A program made the position numbers and the translations under genes. The notes under the pieces were generated by a model. That model made no database searches. It was not told the origin of the DNA and saw only the letters and a list, made by a program, of their open reading frames with translations. Below are positions 29,640 through 38,425 of a DNA stretch of 64,000 bases, one piece after another (position 1 is the stretch's first letter; every line of letters starts with the position of its first letter). Source of the DNA: Oceanispirochaeta sp. (lineage in GTDB: Bacteria > Spirochaetota > Spirochaetia > DSM-2461); NCBI GenBank assembly GCA_963663385.2, contig CAXXXD010000004.1, positions 256,001 to 320,000 on the forward strand, in the 5' to 3' direction.

Positions 29640-31214
29640 GTGGAATCATCATTATTGAGAACATACCATGCGGATCTCTCTCGTCATCCCCTTTTCAGAG
29701 GGCTTTCTTCCGGAGAATTTGAGATACTCCGGCGGTATTATCAGATCATCCGGATTCCCGGGTGTTCGGATTTTATCTATCCCGGTGATGCAATGGATTC
29801 GCTCCATGTTGTACTGAAAGGGCAGGCCCTGTCAGAAAAGAAACGGTATTACCCCGGTGACTTCTGGGGACTGGAGCATCTTCTCAAACCGGAATCCTGC
29901 GTCCACAGTTTTTCAGGCAAAGATGATCTTGTCGTGTTCCGTTTAAAATCGGAAAACTTTCGACGGATGCTGAAATCCCATCCCAAATTATCCAGGCACT
30001 TCCGTCCCCGCAGGGATGATGAGGATCTGCTTGTGGAAGGACTCCCGAGGGATAACTGGAAATCGGTAAAGCGGTTCACCTCCCTGCAGGAACGGAAAGG
30101 AACCCTCATCCACTATAAAAGCCGTACCAGTAAAAAGTCCTTTTCCTTTTCCCTTCTTATTCCGGCAGGGATCCTGCTGGCAGGAATAATCCTATCCGAA
30201 CTGAATGGATGGTTTCTGCTCCTGCTCCCTCTGGGACTGGCGATTCTCGGAGGAGAATGTTTTTTCAGGAATCTGACACTATACAAAGTAAGCGACAGGG
30301 CGGTAATAAAACGCTTTTTTAATTTCAGAACTTTCCGGCAGGATCAGGAGATTATTCCCATTGACCAGATTCAGACTGTGACAATCAGTACGAAGGGACT
30401 GGTTTCCAAGCTGCTCAGAATAGGCGATCTTCATGTCCAGACGGCCGGTAAGGGCATTCAGTTTCTCCGGATAGATTCTCCGGCCAGGCTTCAGATCAAA
30501 CTGATGGAGCTGAAGAAAAGAGCTGTAACAGAGGAGCATGGAAGGGAAAGGGATGCCCTTCGAGAGCTGGTCGGCAGCCGCTTTACCCCCGAAACGGCGA
30601 ATGAGGTCCTGTATTCGGGAGATCTCTCGTCCCCGGAGCAGGAGACTCTCTCGAATAAACAGGTATTCAGAAAAAGTCCGTTTATTCTGATGGGGCAGTT
30701 GTTCCCGCCGCTGGTCCTAACCTCGGTTTTCATCGCAGCATCCTGCCTCCTGGCAGAGGAGCTTGCCTCCTATTGGAGAATAGCCCTGGCGGGAGGGGGG
30801 ATAGCAGGAGTGATAAGAGCTGCCTGGCTGACTGCGGACTGGTGGAATGATATTTATATGATTAATTTCCCCCATATCTGGGATATTGAACGGAAGCCCC
30901 TGGGGAAGGAAGATGTGAGAAAGCAGACGGAACTCGGCCTGATCCTGAATGTTACAGCCAGTCAGAAGGGACTGTTTTCATTGATTTTCAACTATGGAAA
31001 TGTTCTGATTGAAACCGCCGGCAGGGGAGAGCCCCTGGTCTTCTACTCAGTCAGGAATCCATTTTCCGTGCAGAACGAACTGCTTCGGTACAGGGATTAC
31101 TCATTGAGAATACAAGAGACCCGGAGGCGGGCTCAGGCACGGGAAGATTTGATGGAATTCACCGAAATACTGGATCAGGCCCGCAGCAGAAAAGATACAG
31201 GGAGTCGAATATGA
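29640..31214 (+). CDS. Membrane protein with cNMP-binding-like domain and two bacterial PH-like domains
   Basis: PLFRGLS...VVLKG...PGDFWG; two segments of RIGDLHVQTAG / NYGNVLIETAG type. Confidence 0.65.
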   Translation: MESSLLRTYHADLSRHPLFRGLSSGEFEILRRYYQIIRIPGCSDFIYPGDAMDSLHVVLKGQALSEKKRYYPGDFWGLEHLLKPESCVHSFSGKDDLVVFRLKSENFRRMLKSHPKLSRHFRPRRDDEDLLVEGLPRDNWKSVKRFTSLQERKGTLIHYKSRTSKKSFSFSLLIPAGILLAGIILSELNGWFLLLLPLGLAILGGECFFRNLTLYKVSDRAVIKRFFNFRTFRQDQEIIPIDQIQTVTISTKGLVSKLLRIGDLHVQTAGKGIQFLRIDSPARLQIKLMELKKRAVTEEHGRERDALRELVGSRFTPETANEVLYSGDLSSPEQETLSNKQVFRKSPFILMGQLFPPLVLTSVFIAASCLLAEELASYWRIALAGGGIAGVIRAAWLTADWWNDIYMINFPHIWDIERKPLGKEDVRKQTELGLILNVTASQKGLFSLIFNYGNVLIETAGRGEPLVFYSVRNPFSVQNELLRYRDYSLRIQETRRRAQAREDLMEFTEILDQARSRKDTGSRI

Positions 31215-32800
31215 GAAGTAATAGTATAAAGATTGGAATCATCCTGGCCGTATGGACGATCGGTTCTATCCACTCCCTCTGGAGTGAGGAGATATCCTAC
31301 TTCCGGAAAATACGGATTGACCAGAGTGAGAGAATTCACGGAGAGTATCCTCTGGCCGAGAAGGATGCGGATAAGGTGAACTCCTATAAGGTTTTTACCA
31401 TGGACGATGGCCGGATCAGCAGGATCGAATATCACCGGAGCGGGACTTCTCTGGCGGATCCTCTTCTGGGCGTGCCGGTGATTAAATTCACCTACAATGG
31501 CTCCTATGTCAGGCGGACTTTTCTGGATTCCCGGGGGAAGGAAGTTCCCGATGATCAGGGCATCTATTCTGTACGGTTGAAAAAGAACAGTTCCGGTGCC
31601 GTCACCGCCTCTTTTCATTACGACCGCTACGGGAACCTGATGGCGGACCGGAACGGAATCGCCTCCATTATGTGGGATGTGGATAAAAACAACAGGAAGG
31701 TTTCCGCCCTCTTTTTCGATCCCAAAGGAAACCGGGTAGCCAACGGAAAAGGGGTTTACGAGTTGAAATACCTCTATGACGACAGGGGTAACCTCTCTAT
31801 GGTTATGGAGCTGGATGAACGGGGCGTTCCCGTTGAGGGACCGGCAGCGGTGCGGCGGGAGTGGGACGAAAAAGGCAACCTTGTCCGCGAGAGCTGGCTG
31901 AACAGCAGGGAAGAGCCTGTTCTGAACCCGGAGGGGGTTTCTTCCATCGCCTATCACTGGGATGATAGCGGGAATAAACTCCTCCGGGTGAATTTTGACG
32001 AGAGAGGAAATCTTACCGCCGATTCCGGTCATGTTGTGCAATACCGCTGGTCCTATGATGATTTCGGAAACCGTATACGGGAAGAACATTACGATGTAAA
32101 CGGGAATCTGACATACGATGCCAGGGGAGTGGCTGTCTACCGCTGGATTCACTATCCCCAGGGAAATGAGCTGGAACAGAATAACCTTGATACCGCACTG
32201 GAGCTGGTAAGGGATGAAAAGGGGTTTGCCTCCTATCGCTGGGTATTTGATGAAAGGGGTAATATTACAGAAGAAAAATACTATGATATAGACAACACCC
32301 TGAAAAAGGACTACTGGGGGATTGCCATGTACCGTTATAATTTTGACGATGCCGGGAATCTGATAGAGTCCAGGAGTTATTCAAATTATGATTCACTGAT
32401 TTCCGATAATACGGGTGTGGCAGTCTACCGATGGGATTACGATCTTGACGGCAACAAGACTTCGGAGATGCATTTCGATGATGAAGAGAAACCGGTTGAA
32501 AACCTTGAAGGGATAGCATCCTATAAATGGGAGTATGATGAAGAGGGGAATGCTGTAAAGCAGAGCCAGTTCGGTTTGTTCGGGCAGTATAAGGCCAATC
32601 CGGACGGAGTGGCCATCTATCGCTGGGAGTACGATAAATACGGGAATACCCTCTCGGAGTCCTACTACGGAATTGACGAACAGATTGTTGAGAACCGGGA
32701 GGGGACGGCTGTTGCCCTGTGGGAGTACGATGACAGGGGGAACCCTCTGAAGACATCCCGGTTCAACAGAAAGAAGCTTCCCCTGGAGCTGACCCGCTAA
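31211..32800 (+). CDS. Secreted YD-like repeat protein
   Basis: Signal peptide followed by ~25-aa repeats G(V/I)AxYRWxYDxxGN. Confidence 0.75.
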   Translation: MRSNSIKIGIILAVWTIGSIHSLWSEEISYFRKIRIDQSERIHGEYPLAEKDADKVNSYKVFTMDDGRISRIEYHRSGTSLADPLLGVPVIKFTYNGSYVRRTFLDSRGKEVPDDQGIYSVRLKKNSSGAVTASFHYDRYGNLMADRNGIASIMWDVDKNNRKVSALFFDPKGNRVANGKGVYELKYLYDDRGNLSMVMELDERGVPVEGPAAVRREWDEKGNLVRESWLNSREEPVLNPEGVSSIAYHWDDSGNKLLRVNFDERGNLTADSGHVVQYRWSYDDFGNRIREEHYDVNGNLTYDARGVAVYRWIHYPQGNELEQNNLDTALELVRDEKGFASYRWVFDERGNITEEKYYDIDNTLKKDYWGIAMYRYNFDDAGNLIESRSYSNYDSLISDNTGVAVYRWDYDLDGNKTSEMHFDDEEKPVENLEGIASYKWEYDEEGNAVKQSQFGLFGQYKANPDGVAIYRWEYDKYGNTLSESYYGIDEQIVENREGTAVALWEYDDRGNPLKTSRFNRKKLPLELTR

Positions 32801-33447
32801 CGGGATTTTTCAACGCCCCGTTTGCGGCACCGGCCGGATAAACGGCAGAGGGAGCATCTGGGGGACTGGGGAGTACAGATCCGCTGCCCATAGAGAACAA
32901 GAAGTTCGTTAATGCTTATCCAGTACTCCCGGGGGAGTACTTTTTCCAGGGCTTTGACAGAGTCATCCGGTTTTTCTGTTTTGATCCAGCCCATTCGGTT
33001 GGCTATCCTGTGAACATGGGTATCCACGCAGATGGCTGGGATGGCAAATCCCAGACTGAGTACAAGATTGGCTGTTTTCAGGCCGACCCCTGGCAGGGCC
33101 AGCAGGGATTCCCGGTTTGAGGGAACTTCTCCGTTATTTTCATTCAGCAGAATCCGGCTTATTTTTTTCAGGTTGGCAGATTTCACCCTGTAGAATCCGC
33201 AAGGGTAGATCAGTTCGGCTATCCTATCCTCCTCCAGCCGGGATAACCGGGCAAGGGTCGGCGCTTCTTCAAAAAGCCTCCTGGAAGCTTTCAGGGTAAC
33301 ATCGTCCTTGGTTCTGAGAGATATAATCGTAGATACGAGGATCTTATAGGGACTGCCGCTCTCTTCTCCGATCAGAGAAACCGATGGCAGTTCCGTCTGC
33401 TCCTTCAGGCGGTTCAATTCCTGAAAAACAGATTTCCAGTCAGGCAT
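32797..33447 (-). CDS. nth: Endonuclease III
   Basis: LPGVGLKTA, VDTHVHR, CTPQSPRCSLC...C. Confidence 0.93.
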   Translation of the reverse strand: MPDWKSVFQELNRLKEQTELPSVSLIGEESGSPYKILVSTIISLRTKDDVTLKASRRLFEEAPTLARLSRLEEDRIAELIYPCGFYRVKSANLKKISRILLNENNGEVPSNRESLLALPGVGLKTANLVLSLGFAIPAICVDTHVHRIANRMGWIKTEKPDDSVKALEKVLPREYWISINELLVLYGQRICTPQSPRCSLCRLSGRCRKRGVEKSR

Positions 33448-33919
33448 AGACCGGTATCAGCAGAACCGCAGCCATGGCCTCTATGGCAAAACCCTGTCCG
33501 CAGGCGTCTAGCTTCTCTTTTGTCTTTGCTTTTACGGCTACGCATTCCTGTGGAATCGAAAGGTCTTCGGCCAATCTGCGCCTTATACTCTCTCTGTATG
33601 GAAGGAGTTTCGGTTTTTCCAGTATGACAGTACTGTCCAGATTCCCTATCCGATATCCCGCCTTCCTTACCCTTTCCGCTGTTTCCTTCAGGAGAAGACG
33701 GCTTGAAACGCCTTTCCATTTCGGATCGGACGGGGGATAGTGGGTGCCGATATCACCGTCGGCCAGAGCCCCGAGGAGCGCGTCGATAACGGCATGGATA
33801 AGAACATCTCCGTCTGAATGGCCGTCTTCCCCTTTTTCAAAGGGAATGGTAATCCCTCCTATTATCAAAGGCCTGCCTTCTGTCAGACGATGAATGTCGT
33901 ATCCCTGTCCGATTCTCAT
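33440..33919 (-). CDS. ispF: MECDP synthase
   Basis: RIGQGYDIH, HSDGDVLIHA, GDIG. Confidence 0.96.
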   Translation of the reverse strand: MRIGQGYDIHRLTEGRPLIIGGITIPFEKGEDGHSDGDVLIHAVIDALLGALADGDIGTHYPPSDPKWKGVSSRLLLKETAERVRKAGYRIGNLDSTVILEKPKLLPYRESIRRRLAEDLSIPQECVAVKAKTKEKLDACGQGFAIEAMAAVLLIPVYA

Positions 33920-34575
33920 TTTCTCTCCAGATCCTGGGGGTAGGTAATTTTTATGTTGCGGGGGTCTCCCTTCACCGTATGGGCCGGCCCAATATAAACG
34001 CTCCAGATTTCTGAGTCATCAATAAAGCTGACCTCTCCGTTTCTGGCCTTTTTATGAGCCTCCCATATTTCCGGGAAGGAGAATCCCTGTGGTGTCTGGG
34101 CGCTGACAGTTCTGCTCCTTTCCAGATGGGTTTCAATATCTCCCAGAGGGGAGAGCACTTTCATGGCGCTGACAGAGGGTATAACGGGGGTGCTGTTGCC
34201 TCTTTGAACAGTTCCTTCCAGTACGCGCCGTATCAGTTCTTCCGTAATATGGGGTCTGGCTCCGTCGTGAATCAGAACCAGGTCGCTTTCTTTTTCAGTC
34301 AGAACAGCCAGGGCGTTGAAGACCGACTCCTGGCGGGAGCAGCCTCCCTGAACATAGGTAATGGGGAAATTGATATGATGGAGAGCCTTTTTCATCTCCC
34401 CCTCTTTACCTTCGGGAAACGTTACAATGATATGGTTGAACTCCTCAGAGAGAACAAAAGGAAGAACGGCCCTTTCCAGAACGGTTCTTCCTTTTAATAA
34501 ACTGAATTCTTTTTTGCCCCTGCCCTTCATCCTGCTGCTGGATCCGGCAGCTGTTATTATGGCAGCTTTTATCAT
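33916..34575 (-). CDS. ispD: MEP cytidylyltransferase
   Basis: AAGSSSRM, SRQESV, IHDGARP, QTPQGF, NIKITY. Confidence 0.93.
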   Translation of the reverse strand: MIKAAIITAAGSSSRMKGRGKKEFSLLKGRTVLERAVLPFVLSEEFNHIIVTFPEGKEGEMKKALHHINFPITYVQGGCSRQESVFNALAVLTEKESDLVLIHDGARPHITEELIRRVLEGTVQRGNSTPVIPSVSAMKVLSPLGDIETHLERSRTVSAQTPQGFSFPEIWEAHKKARNGEVSFIDDSEIWSVYIGPAHTVKGDPRNIKITYPQDLERK

Positions 34576-35078
34576 TTCTCCGCTTCGAGTTTGCTGAAAA
34601 TCAGCTGTTCTATATCATCTTTGCTCTTGCCCAGAGAGAAGGAAATCTCATCAATCAGGAGTTTCAGGGCATTGTCATAGAGTTTACGTTCCAGGATGGG
34701 GAGTTCCTTGATTTTACTTCTGTGATAGAGTGTTGTTACAACAGTGGCTATATCAAGAACGGAACCCTTCTTCAGCAGGTCCACATTCATCTGATAGCGC
34801 ATTTTCCAGTCTGTGGGAACAGGTTCATACTCTTTGGTAATCAGCTCCAGAGCTTTTTTGGATTCTTCGGGAGAAACGATGGCTCTCACTCCCAGCTCTT
34901 CCGCTTTCGATGTGGGGATCATAACTGTCATATCCGATACTTCCAGATAAATGACGTAATAGAGGACTTTTTCCCCTTTGAATTCTTTTTCTTCTATTTT
35001 CTCAATTCTTCCAACGCCCTGAGTCGGATAAACAACTTCCTGCTTGGCTTTAAAGAGGGTCTCTGTGGTTTTTTCCAT
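34572..35078 (-). CDS. carD: CarD family transcription factor
   Basis: VVYPTQGVGRI, WKMRY; upstream of ispDF. Confidence 0.9.
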   Translation of the reverse strand: MEKTTETLFKAKQEVVYPTQGVGRIEKIEEKEFKGEKVLYYVIYLEVSDMTVMIPTSKAEELGVRAIVSPEESKKALELITKEYEPVPTDWKMRYQMNVDLLKKGSVLDIATVVTTLYHRSKIKELPILERKLYDNALKLLIDEISFSLGKSKDDIEQLIFSKLEAEK

Positions 35079-35085
35079 GCCGGAT

Positions 35086-35115
35086 ATTATACCCTGCGGA
35101 CAGATTGAAAGTCAA
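35086..35115 (-). promoter_or_regulatory. Sigma70 promoter of carD-ispD-ispF-nth (likely leaderless)
   Basis: TTGACT-18-TATAAT, 7 nt before ATG. Confidence 0.65.
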
Positions 35116-35164
35116 ACCGCCCGAGGGCGGATATCCCACTTTCTCCTGTCTGTGATAAATCCTG

Positions 35165-37126
35165 TCAGGAGGGTAGATTCTTCAGCCAGTCGGTCATGTC
35201 CGCATCACTGGGCATCCGCCAGTCTCCCCGGGGGGACAGGGCTATGGTTCCCACCTTTGGTCCATCGGGCAGACAGGAGCGTTTGAACTGCTGGGAGAAA
35301 AAACGGCGGACAAATCGTTCCAGCCATTTCCTCAGTATCTCTTCCCTGTATTTTCCTTCAAAAGCCTGCTGCGCCAGATAGAAGACCTTGTCAGGGGAGA
35401 ATCCGCAGCGGATCAGGTGATAGAGGAAGAAGTCATGCAGTTCGTAAGGGCCTATGAGATCTTCCGTTTTCTGGGCGATATTCCCCTGTCTGTCCGGAGG
35501 CAGGAGTTCCGGAGAAATGGGCGTATCGATAATATCATGGAGGATACGGGCTGCTTTGCTGTTTTTCTGCTGATCCGCCACATACTGTACAAGGTAGCGG
35601 ACCAGAGTTTTGGGAACCCCCGTATTTACCGCATACATGGACATATGGTCCCCGTTATAGGTGCACCAGCCCAGGGCCAGTTCAGAAAGATCGCCTGTTC
35701 CGATTACAATCCCGCCTATCATGTTGGCTTTGTTCATCAGGTACATGGTCCTCTGTCTGGCCTGGACGTTTTCGTAGGCTACATCAGAAGGGGTCCCCGA
35801 ATGATCCAGCTCTTTCATCTGAAGAGAACAGATCTCTTTTATATCCAGGGTTTCTATGGGGATGTTCATCTCTTCGCAGAGCAGTCGGGCATTGCTTTTC
35901 GTTCTTCCTGTCGTGCCGAATCCGGGCATGGTATAGCAGTGAAGGCCGGAGAGATCCAGATTCAGACGCCGGAATGCTTCGGCTGTTACAAGAAGGGCCA
36001 GCGTGGAATCCAGCCCCCCGGAGAGACCCAGTACAACCTCTTTACAGCCGATATGTTTCAGCCGGGAAGCCAGGCCGGTACTCTGAATGGAAAATATCTC
36101 CTGGCAGCGTTCCTTCCTGTCCTGACGGGAGGAGGGGACAAAGGGCTGGGGATTTATAGAACGAAGAAGATCCCTCCCTTCTGAACCGGCTGCCGGTTTC
36201 TTTTTCTGATCGATTGTAAATCCAATTATGCGGTGGGTCAGCCGCTCCCTTTCCATCTGTACGGTTTGCGAAAACGAGGGGGAATTCAGTCTTTCGTGCT
36301 CCAGGAGTTCCAGATCCACATCAGCTGCTTCGAAGTGTCCTTCCGGCAGGAAACGGGCTCCTTCTGCCAGCAGCCGGCCATTTTCGTAAATAAGAGAGTG
36401 TCCGCCATAAACCGTATCGGTTGTGGATTCTCCGGGGCCGGCTGAGCTGTAGGCATAGGCCGCCATACACCGGGCGGACTGCTGTGCTGTAACAGTCTTT
36501 CTGTAATCAGCTTTTCCAACCAGTTCATTACTGGCAGAGGGGTTGGCAATAATCAGGGCTCCTCCGAGGGCCAGCTCTGTGCTGGGAGGAAGGGGGGACC
36601 AGAGGTCTTCACAGATTTCAATCCCGAATCGAAAGAGGGGGAAGTCCCGGTTTTGAAAGATCAGACCGGTTCCGAAAGGTACTTCATCTCCGTTCAGCAG
36701 TACCGACTCCTCCTTAATGTCCCGTCCTGATGCAAACCATCGCTGTTCGTAGAACTCATTGCTGTTGGGGATATAGGTTTTTGCCGTAATCCCTACTGTT
36801 TTCCCGCCTCCGATGAGAGCGGCACAGTTGAACAGGCGGCTGTTCACAATCAGGGGCAGGCCGATGATAAAGGGAAAGTCCAGATGGCCGGAAAGGGTGA
36901 TCAGTTCCTGCAGTGCTCTGCCGGCAGCTGCGAGAAGCGTCTGCTGCCTGAACAGATCCCCGCAGCTGTAGCCGGTGAGACACAGTTCCGGGAAGAGTAC
37001 CAGGTCCGGTTCTTTGTCCTTCAGCTGATTAAGCTGTCGGGTGATATTGCTGAGGTTGGCAGATACGGCGCCGGCTTTTACGGGCGGAACCGCTGTGATA
37101 ATTCTGGCAAAGTTATATTTTTTCAA
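35165..37126 (-). CDS. nadE: Glutamine-dependent NAD+ synthetase
   Basis: FPELCLTGY, EICEDLW, LGLSGGLDST, ENVQARQR, GTGDLSE; TTG start after AGGGAG. Confidence 0.95.
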   Translation of the reverse strand: MKKYNFARIITAVPPVKAGAVSANLSNITRQLNQLKDKEPDLVLFPELCLTGYSCGDLFRQQTLLAAAGRALQELITLSGHLDFPFIIGLPLIVNSRLFNCAALIGGGKTVGITAKTYIPNSNEFYEQRWFASGRDIKEESVLLNGDEVPFGTGLIFQNRDFPLFRFGIEICEDLWSPLPPSTELALGGALIIANPSASNELVGKADYRKTVTAQQSARCMAAYAYSSAGPGESTTDTVYGGHSLIYENGRLLAEGARFLPEGHFEAADVDLELLEHERLNSPSFSQTVQMERERLTHRIIGFTIDQKKKPAAGSEGRDLLRSINPQPFVPSSRQDRKERCQEIFSIQSTGLASRLKHIGCKEVVLGLSGGLDSTLALLVTAEAFRRLNLDLSGLHCYTMPGFGTTGRTKSNARLLCEEMNIPIETLDIKEICSLQMKELDHSGTPSDVAYENVQARQRTMYLMNKANMIGGIVIGTGDLSELALGWCTYNGDHMSMYAVNTGVPKTLVRYLVQYVADQQKNSKAARILHDIIDTPISPELLPPDRQGNIAQKTEDLIGPYELHDFFLYHLIRCGFSPDKVFYLAQQAFEGKYREEILRKWLERFVRRFFSQQFKRSCLPDGPKVGTIALSPRGDWRMPSDADMTDWLKNLPS

Positions 37127-37381
37127 CGTACTATCTCCCTGAATAAGGCATGAGCGGGCACCGCTGAGCTGATTTTTCAAATCCTTTTTCGATGGATACC
37201 CTGAACTTGAATTTATCTATTGTTCGGGGATGGTGTCAACAGTACAAAATAGTCGGATTCCGTTATTCTGTTTACAATATTGTAGGAAATTGATAAAGCG
37301 CTAGAATCCATTTCGGAATAGGATTTCTGTAAGTCTCTATATAGAAAATAACTGTATTTTTACAAAGCTCTTATCAAAAAA

Positions 37382-37397
37382 TGGCATATATCTTGCA
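37382..37397 (+). promoter_or_regulatory. Sigma54 (-24/-12) promoter
   Basis: TGGCAT-ATATC-TTGCA matches TGGCAC-N5-TTGCW. Confidence 0.75.
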
Positions 37398-37458
37398 TTT
37401 TCATTATTACAACATCGAATGGATACAGGATTCTTCCTGTGTCCGGCAGGAGGATTAT

Positions 37459-38304
37459 GTGGTTAACTTTGACAGCAGTCAGTCTCTCTGGGTAATCGAT
37501 TCAACCCTCAGGGAACGGAGCATGATGAAAGGCCGTGAATACACTGAGCCGGAAAAACTTAAAATTGCCAGTCTGCTTGCATTGGCAGGGGTTCACGAAA
37601 TTGAAGCCGGAATCCCCTCAAAGGGGGCCAGAGAGTGCCGTGCGATCCGACAGATTAAAATTGAAAATCCCCATAGCCTTGTCACCTGCTGGGCCAAGGC
37701 CAATCCTGAATCCATTGAGCTGGCAAAAAGGTGCTCGGTTAATAGTATACACCTCTGCTTTCCGGAAGAAACCGTGGAGTCCAATCTTTCCGCCGCGCAG
37801 TTTGAAGCCCGCCTGGATGAGATGTGCCGGTTGATTAGGCAGAGCTTCAAATCATTTGATTATGTAAGTGTCGGTATTTCCAATCCTTTCAGAGGGGATA
37901 TGATTAAACTGGAACGTTTTATATCCCGTGCTGTTCACTGCGGGGCCATGAGGATACGGCTGGCCGACTCGGGGATCCGGATCAATCCGGAAGATGTGCA
38001 GAACTTCTTTGATAAAATAAGCACCAGAACGATCGCGCCCCTTGAATTCCATGGCCATAATGAGGCCGGAACGGCACTGGAAAACACGATAAGAGCCATC
38101 AGAGGCGGGGCTCAGGCGGTCAGTATGACTGTTACGGGGCTGGGGGAGAACGGAGGAGTCGCCAGTCTGGAAAAGATGGGGCCGGCTCTTCTCAGACAGT
38201 TCCAGTATACGAATCTGAATTTCTATAAGCTTAATGAAGCGGCAAAATATGTGGGTATGCTGGAAAACCGGCGGAAAACGCGGAAGCGGGTAAAAGCCGC
38301 CTGA
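37459..38304 (+). CDS. Homocitrate synthase (NifV)-like HMGL-fold protein with degenerate motifs
   Basis: IDSTLRE, EIEAGIP, RIRLAD, EFHGHNE, TVTGLGENGG; GTG after AGGAGG. Confidence 0.75.
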   Translation: MVNFDSSQSLWVIDSTLRERSMMKGREYTEPEKLKIASLLALAGVHEIEAGIPSKGARECRAIRQIKIENPHSLVTCWAKANPESIELAKRCSVNSIHLCFPEETVESNLSAAQFEARLDEMCRLIRQSFKSFDYVSVGISNPFRGDMIKLERFISRAVHCGAMRIRLADSGIRINPEDVQNFFDKISTRTIAPLEFHGHNEAGTALENTIRAIRGGAQAVSMTVTGLGENGGVASLEKMGPALLRQFQYTNLNFYKLNEAAKYVGMLENRRKTRKRVKAA

Positions 38305-38425
38305 TTTTCCGGCAGGGAAGGAGCGGGGGGGACTCCCCGCAAGTCACGCGTTCTGTCTGGTCCAATAGAGAAAATTGTTATATAATCCCCGGGTATTACC
38401 ACGGGAGGTACCCTTCAGGGGATTC

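Noticed and set aside
31211..32800. Possible CRISPR array or DNA tandem repeat
   Set aside because: Repeats are degenerate and only at protein level; no repeat-spacer array was seen anywhere in the window
37200..37380. NifA upstream activator site
   Set aside because: No TGT-N10-ACA found; only other spacings
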